From Eledone cirrhosa (Eukaryota), in assembly GCA_964016885.1 (NCBI GenBank), contig OZ024749.1:34844001-34908000 (forward strand): DNA of 64,000 nucleotides, written 5' to 3'. The position numbers and the translations under genes were made by a program. Shown here in pieces: positions 55,968 through 64,000 of this stretch. The notes under the pieces were generated by a model that saw only the letters and a program-made list of their open reading frames with translations, searched no databases and was not told the origin of the DNA. Numbering within the stretch: position 1 is the stretch's first letter; each line of letters begins with the position of its first letter.

Positions 55968-56175
55968 CCCCTTAGCATTTATATTACTCTACTGTGAAAA
56001 TATAATAGTAAATATAAACACTTTATTTCACAAAATTATCTCACATAATATCGAATCTACAAAATTTTGATAGTTTATTTTAGAACAATACCTTAACATG
56101 AGTATGAGTGACTGTTTACAGCCAGTTGAGGTGAGAGAATTCTGGACGGATATAGCTGGTTTAAATGCTAAAGGG
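55968..56175. mobile_element. piggyBac-like MITE family P1 (other copies at ~2148-2367 and, inverted, ~30041-30257)
   Basis: TTAA|CCCCTTAGCATTTA ... TAAATGCTAAAGGG|TTAA; shared internal tatctcacataatatcgaatct. Confidence 0.88.
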
Positions 56176-57355
56176 TTAATTGCCAGACTCTTTTTGCCAG
56201 GACCATGCTGGTTCTTAAATCAGGATTCCTGAAGGAGTGGAGATGTGAGTAAAAATGTTATTTAAAACGATCTTGCACCATACTGATATATCTTTCACTA
56301 ACTTCAGGATTATCTGTGGTGTTGTGTGTAATCTCTACCTCATACACAATGGATTTAACTGTTAGCATGCTGAAATTTTTTAACGAATTACTTCCCTTGA
56401 CACTGCATTATGTATTAAAGAAATAAGGTGCCTAGAGCATGCCAAAGATTAATATTACATTTCTGTTGGGGAGGGCAGTTCTCTTTAATTCTACAAGAGC
56501 AACTTAGATTTATGTTGGATTTATTCTTTGCAGTAATTTTTTATCTCATAGATGGGTCACAGGAAAGTATATCTTAACAGAATTGCAATTGAAAATTTTA
56601 CTGTATCTATGTGTACCTATTAGATCTAAAAATGTCTTACCTACATTAGTTTTTACATTAAGGGAAAAGAGGGGTGCAAACTAGATAATTCTTATTTTTC
56701 AGTTAGCTTTTTTAGTATAGTTTGGTTGGGATTGATTGGGTGTGTACTTAATTTTGTCCTTAAAACCACTATCTAGGAGGGCTTGGTTGCAGTATGGCAC
56801 AGCCTTATCGAATATCATCTGAATATCAAATATCACCATATCACTGAATATCAAATATCACCATATCACTATGTCACAAATTTAATCCTTAGAGATATGG
56901 TCAATATTGGGCCTTGAAACATTAGGTAGTGCTTTTGTTCCATGTATGAACTATAATATATATGGGGTCCATATCATTCCACTGCAAAGTGGTCGTGGAG
57001 GTGCCACGGAAAAAAAAAAAAAAAAACACCCAGCACTCACTGTAAAATGAGGTTGGTGTTAGAAAGAGCATCCAGCTGTAGAAATCAAGCCAGAATCAGT
57101 TACCGTCCCACCCTTGCAAGCAGGGAAAAGCGGACGTAAATTGAAATGATGATGTATATATATAGTATGAGCGAGACACTGTCACCTGACCATCTTGCCT
57201 CAAGTGGGACAAACCAGTCCAACCCACATTAAACGATGATGATGATGAGAAGGATGATTATATATTGTGTATATATATATAAATTCATATGTTATATATT
57301 ACATATTTATATATTATATATATATTATAAAGACTATGTATATATATGTTATATG

Positions 57356-57395
<40 letters not shown>

Positions 57396-57645
57396 AGTAG
57401 TAGTAGTAGTAGCAACAGCAGATTACATTCTACTGCATGCCACGTGCCACATGTTAACTGCTGCACCTCTGTAAGCATTCCATTCCAATTGTGACAATGT
57501 CCACCCCCAAACATCGGGAAATCTGTCAGAGTTTTATAAACATGTCACTGTGGAGAAGCAAACATGCACAGCCAGGCATTTCTGACATTTAGACTTTTGT
57601 CAGTATATTGTGGAATATATCTGGACATAAAATTATAAACACATT

Positions 57646-57718
<73 letters not shown>

Positions 57719-57836
57719 ATGTAATTATATATATACATACCTATGCATTTATTTTTATGTCTATTTATATACATATATATGCATATCCCTATGTATTTAT
57801 ATACATACATATGTATATACTTATATAGAGAAGTGC

Positions 57837-57875
<39 letters not shown>

Positions 57876-58637
57876 AGTGGATGTATCAATATATATGCCA
57901 AATGTAGGATGAGACATGAGCAAGATAAAGTTACTCTGACCTATGTGATCTCTGACCATGACAACTTGTCTAACCCATGCCAGCATGGAGAGTCATCTTA
58001 AAATGATGATGATGATATAAATATATATGTATGTATATAAGTAAAGGAGCTGCTTGTCAGATCAAACCAAGGAAACAATGTTGCCATTGGTCTTTCTATT
58101 GCTGATATTCTCTGCTGGTCACCACTCCTGACAGAAATATTACAACTATTTTGATGACAAGAATAAACGTTTGAACTCAAAATGAACAGAGGTAGAAGAG
58201 ATATAGCAAAGCATCCCATCCAAGTCTCTTAACAATTCTGCCAGTCTATGGCTCCTGGAGTGATAGTTTATTTGGGATTTCTGATAACCATTACACTGAT
58301 CTTTACTGCCATGGAGAGACATCTACAGTTTGGTGCATTGTAAAACATTCTGCTCTCTCAGTCATAAACTAGATATACAGGCATACATGATCAGAGCAAG
58401 GATTTGAACTCAGAATTTACAGAGCTGAATCAGATATTGATTGATTAACAATTCCACCAATTTATTGTTCCTGGACTGGTACTTTTTTATTGACTCTGAG
58501 AGGATAAAAGGCAAAGTTGATCTTTGACAGGATTTGAACTCGAAGTGCAGTGAGCTAGATCAAACACAGAGGCTTTTAATTACTGCTGCCAGTGTAAGTA
58601 AAATAAACTTAGAATGGGCTGTGTCTGCTGTAGTGCA

Positions 58638-58915
58638 GGCACCTAGCCTAGTGGTAAGGGCGTTGGAATTATGATCATAATGTTATAGGTTTGATTCCTA
58701 GGCTGGGTTGCGTGTTGTGTTCTTGAGTAAAACACTTCATTTCACCTTGCTCCAGTATACTTAGCTGTAAATGAGTACCAGGAATAGCTGGGATTCTAAC
58801 CCTACGTTGAACTGACATCCTATTAAGGGGGAAGTCTTGTACTCTCAGTTGCTTCACGCCATGAAACCAGGATAAGCTCTGGCCTAACAAGCTTTCTGGC
58901 TTAAGACAGACTTTA
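58638..58915 (+). mobile_element. tRNA-derived CORE-like SINE family B (minus-strand relatives at ~7350-7610, 9265-9400, 52960-53260)
   Basis: A box TAGCCTAGTGG; B-like GGTTTGATTCC; core gttgtgttcttgagtaaaacacttcatttcac. Confidence 0.75.
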
Positions 58916-59402
58916 GATCTGTGTCTGCTGCCCTTTTGTCAAGAACTTGACCTCCATGTCAAGAAACAAAATAACAATAAACAACTTAGATACATCCTCA
59001 GTCTAAACACTGGATATTAATTCCATAATTACCAGAAATCATTTCCTTTTCACTCATACACAGACATACAGTAGGGAGTTTGCTCTCCACTCACAAGACT
59101 CTGTAAAAAATAATTTTTCCAAAGTCACTCATACAATCCTATAAGTTATTTGTACATATATGTTGAACATTTATGTAATCATATCTTAGAAAATAATTAT
59201 TAAAATGTCATTCTTATCTTTAATTACTTCCATGTGTCAGTAATCAATGTAAACCTAGGGTTTCTTTTATGAAAACCATATGTTTATCAAACATAAATTT
59301 CTCAGTTTCTATGATTGTTAATATTTCTGGTAATCCTGGACTCCAAATATTAAATATGTTCAACATGATTGCATTGCTGTCATGAGTCTACTATTATATG
59401 AA

Positions 59403-59593
59403 GGGCGGGGAATTGGTAGTATCGGTAGAGGGTCGGACGCCATGCTTTGCAGCATAGTTACGTCCCTTTACGGTCTGAGTTCAAATCTCGTTGAGGTTAA
59501 CTTTGCCTTTCATCCTTACGGGATCGATAAAATAAAGTACCAGTAATGTACTGGGTAATTGCTGGCCTTGTGCCAAAAGTAGAAACAACTATT
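59403..59593 (+). mobile_element. SINE family A copy (partial or older copies at 41051-41138 +, 42700-42900 +, 5220-5370 -, 58400-58560 -)
   Basis: Same A/B boxes, core and tail. Confidence 0.85.
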
Positions 59594-60239
59594 ATATGAT
59601 GTCAATGAAGTATATATATATACACATATATGTGTGTATGTATATATATATAATTAGTTACAACAGTGACTAATTATACTTAAATCGTCCTATGAACTGA
59701 GTGCTCTTACCCTTGGATATTTCTACCAAACTTGCACTACAGTCATCATCATTTTATGTCCATTTTTCCACGCTGGCATGGGTTAGACGACAGTATATAT
59801 AGACACACTATATACCCCCATGGCTGACCAGAATGCACTAAGTATACTACAAGCATTATGAATGACCTGTCATAACATCCCAGCAGTCCAATGACCTTTC
59901 ACAATATCATCCACCTCTGACACTTCACCTAAACATTTCCAGTTTAGACAACTTTACTCTTACATTGTTGTCATTATGTTGCTACACTCTTTGACAGTCA
60001 CTACTCTTAGTAAAAACGCTCCTCCCCATCACTACATGTCCATGTACACATATATATATTTATTTATACATGTCCATACATACAAATATACACACTACAT
60101 GTCCTTACACACACATCTATATACATACATGTCCATACACCCATATATGTAAATGTTCTTACACAAACACATATATCTCTCTCTCTATATATATATATAC
60201 ATGTCCATACACCCATCCCATATATGTATATATATCATC

Positions 60240-60622
60240 TATCATCATTTTACATCCACTCTTCTATACTTGCATGGGTTGGATAGGTCTTTTTCAGCAA
60301 AGCATCTTTAGACATATTATATCATCTCTTCTGTGAGTTTCAGCAATTTGTGACTGACTCTCATCACTTACATACATCTAGGTCTTCCTCTACTGGATAT
60401 TCTTGGTACTTCTTCACCCAGTGATTATCATCTATATGCATCACCTGTCCATACCACTGCAGTTTTCTCTCTTGCACACTACATCTGATTCCTCTAGCTA
60501 GTGTTTCTCTCAGTTCATCCATGCATATTAACATTGCACATCCACCAAAACATGCTCAATGGATGTGCATGTGCAATGTTAATGTGTGCAGACAACAAAG
60601 CTTGGATGAATTGAAAGAGAAT
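60240..60622 (-). mobile_element. Old RTE LINE 3' fragment with a foldback at its 5' end
   Basis: Minus strand reads RGIRCSVQERKLQWYGQVMHIDD..SRGRPR; a + strand mirror (MCNVNVCRQQSLDELKE) lies at 60559-60622. Confidence 0.7.
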
Positions 60623-63600
60623 ATATATCAGATAGGCTGTGGTAAAAGCCAGGTAGACCATAACCCACTAGAGTACTCGATACCTGGGGTACTAGAGTGG
60701 GTAATATGAAAAGATTCGAAGTTCGGATCTAGTTGTCGAAACAGCCAGAGTTCAGCCATCAGGGTCCTGAATCTTTTCATCATTTCATCATTTCATTTTA
60801 CGTCCACTTTTTCCCTGCTTGCAAGGGTGGGACGGGAACTGATTCTGGCTTGATTTCTACAGCTGGATGCCCTTCCAGATCCCTTATAAATATATATATA
60901 TTTATTATATTATATGTACATACACTACATGAACAGTAGGGCAATCAATGTGTCCTTGGTTAAGCTGGGGGAAGCATATATATGAGTGAGGGGGATGCAA
61001 AATGACAGGAATGCAGGATATATGCTGTTTAGTCAGAGAAGGGAGGGGTAAACACATGGGTCATGGAGGTAGTCTGGAAGCAATTGAGTGGTGCCTGACT
61101 TATTGTGGGATGTACCTGGCTTGGACAGAGGAGAGTCATTGAGGTCAGATGTGAAGGGAAAAGGGCATGGGTTAGGCAGGGGAAGGTGAATTGGACGTTT
61201 GCCCAAGTGTTCCATGACATGAGTTGGATGAGGAGGGGGTGGGTGATAAACAAGTGGCGGTGGGGGTGGTGTGAGTCGGTTTAAGGTGGAGAAATCTGGG
61301 AGTATACTGGTAGCCAGGGGTTTAAAGGGTTGCCACCTCTCTCCTTTGTTAGGTCTAAAAGAAAATGTCCCATAGCTTAGTGGTTGTGATGATGATAGCA
61401 GCTATATGATAATGATGGCAAGTGGCAACAGAAGGCAGTTATATGATTAATAAGTAATAGACATGAGACTTATAACTTACAAAACATTTTTTTTTTATTC
61501 ATATCTTTAATATTTGATCCAGTGGTAGTTGTGGTGGTGGTGGCAGTGGTGAAGTCCAGTAGCTGCAGAGTTAGGAGGTTCAATCTCAGGAAACAGTAGT
61601 AGAAAGATGAATACTAGATGCTAAACCTGACCTACTTAGCAGTAATGAAACACTGCTAAAATAAAACATACCTTTCATCAACATTGAATTGCTTTACATA
61701 TTGCAGACATACAATTTTCAGGACATACACAGGACAAAAATAACTTGCAGTAGTACAAAAAAGAAACAATTAATTTGGCATACTTTTGCTGGTTTCAGTC
61801 ATTTGACTGTGTCCAGGCTGGGGCACCACCTTGGAGAGATTTAGTTGAACATATTGACCCCAGTACTTTTTTTAAAGTCAGGTTCATATTTTAACAATCT
61901 CTTTTTTCTTTAATTTTTTCAAATTGCTAGATTATGAGACATTTTTTTTCTTCAAATAATGACAAAACAATTAGAGATATTTTAGGGTTCACTAGAGTAC
62001 ATTGACTTTTGTTCTATCAGATGGAAGAGTAGAAGCAACTGTAATAGGTTTGTTGAGGTTTATAACACAAGTCTTTTCTAATATAGGGAGACAATATCTA
62101 CAGTTTGGTGAACTGTAGAACATTCTGCCTATAAACCAATGCTTTCTCTTTCTCACTCATGAACTAAATATACAGACATACATGACTGGATCAAAGAAAC
62201 AATGTTTCCATTGGTTTGTTCATTGCTGATACTGTCTCTCAACATCTTCATCATCATTATATATATATGTATATATATAAGTTATGGCAAGGAGCCAATT
62301 GGAAGATCAGACCAAGAAAACAATTTTTCCATTGCTGATATTATCTATTGGTCACAACTCTTGGTATAAAAATGTGGGATTTGAACTCATAATGCACAGA
62401 GCCAGATCAGATATGGACTTAACCCTTTCATGACTGATATCTAATGAAATACACTCTATTGCAATTAATTAATGAAGAATTTTGAGGGATTTACTAAAGT
62501 TATTAATTATCACATTACTAGGATAATAACTTAACAAATGAGTCTTATATAAAATAAGGGGTTGATGGGGGTTGTTTCATAGAACAAGAGCTAGTTTTGT
62601 CCAGGTTGGTATCAAAAGGGTTAAAGAAAGACACTGGCTGCTTTTCAAAGTATTTTGAATAGAATGAAGAATTTGGAAATATTTAGTAATATAATTAACT
62701 TTCTCATTATTTAGTTTATTTTGAAGCATAACTTAATAAGTAAAATATTTGGTGGAATATTTCAAAATAAAGTGTTGTATCATAGAACCACGGGTAGTTT
62801 CTGGTGGTTTGGTGTCAAAAGGGTTGATGTACATTATGTTTGATCTCTGTCAGTACCAAGAATGAGTGTTTATCAATGCATAATAGTTTCCTTGTAAAAT
62901 TAACATGCAAGTGGCTGAACATTCCAGACACTTTAAATGTAGTTCCGAGGGATATTTTGTATGACATAATGTGTGAGACAATCCATTTTGACTGTTTTTA
63001 AAATTCACTGAAAAACCATGTTGAGTCTTTCATTAGACACATGTTAACAAGTGGGTTAAAGTGTATCATCATCATCACCATTTAATTTATTTATATTTAA
63101 CTAAAAGTCCTGCATCATAATTTTATGTAAGGTCCTTACATAAATTGTGTTCCTAACACCAGCTTAATAATAAGAAAGTTAGTTATATTACGAATTACCA
63201 CAAAAAATTTTGACTGTTTTCAAAATTATTTGAAAAACCATAGGCAGTGTTTCTCATTAGAAATATGTTAATGAAAGGGTTAAAGACATAGGTAGTGTCT
63301 TTTATCAGAAATATGGTAAAGAAAGTGTTAAGGAGATAGAAAATGTTTTTCATTAAAAATATAGTAAAGAAGGGTGATATTCCTGAAACTAAAATATCCA
63401 TCCATTTACATCTAAAACAGATATAAACTGATGGAAAAATAAGTCCTGTTGGTAGTTTTAATATCATATAAATAAGGCCAAGATTGAGAGAGTGACATTA
63501 CTGAGGTATAAACTTAGCTGGGCAGATAGGATATAGAGTGTTGGTGGTTGGGGTGTGTGTAGAGGGGAAGTAGTAACTAAGAGAGAGAGAGGTAGAGAGT

Positions 63601-64000
63601 GTAGCATCTATAGATTAATAAATAAGTCAGGAAGATATATATATAGAGAGAGAGAGGGAGGGAAATCAGATGTTAAACAATGACAATGATGATGATATAT
63701 ACAATCTAGGGATTAACTGTAGACAGTAGTGTTCTAAAATTTACATGAAAAAAATAATTTAATGATGGAGAGAAAAATCCTACTAATATTTAAAGTAATT
63801 TCACTTGGTTGTTTTTTTTTTATTCAATGAAAAAAAAATTAAAATAAAATAAAATACTTAAAACAATGACAATAACATCAACAACAACAACAACCATCTT
63901 TGGAATTGCTTTGTTTCTAATTGAAAAAAAATAATAATTTACAGCTCACACTATATGTAGCTGGTCTTATACAAAGTTGCATTTGATAGGAGGTTTATTA

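Overview
AT-rich, microsatellite-dense animal genomic DNA. The SINE, RTE and MITE repertoire looks like an octopod cephalopod (inference). It is not prokaryotic: there is no CRISPR array, operon or rRNA, and most entries in the ORF track are translations of simple repeats. One real gene spans most of the window on the + strand: a membrane-anchored CREB3L1/CREB3L2 (OASIS/BBF2H7, CrebA-type) bZIP ER-stress transcription factor. I reconstructed it by hand from 10 GT-AG coding exons with consistent phases: 4633/4654-4731, 21725-21917, 35447-35998, 36946-37121, 37720-37863, 38431-38489, 39839-39907, 40419-40509, 41506-41689 and 45831-46261. From ATG 4654 this gives 1977 nt, or 658 aa. The protein has an acidic N-terminus, LPPTPPSS-SDSEG, ATB and bZIP domains, a TM helix, an S1P site (RVLL) and a luminal tail with glycosylation sequons. 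Introns and flanks hold RTE and CR1 LINE fragments, tRNA-derived SINEs, three TTAA-flanked piggyBac-like MITE families and many minisatellites. The most notable observations: (1) skipping the TM exon would put TGA immediately after the pre-TM Met, inside the last exon, giving a soluble isoform that should escape NMD; (2) the acceptor plus ATG of the first coding exon is amplified six times in tandem; (3) near-identical inverted RTE tails flank exon 2; (4) minisatellites sit right against several exons, and one appears derived from a MITE terminus. None of these is shown to be functional from sequence alone.
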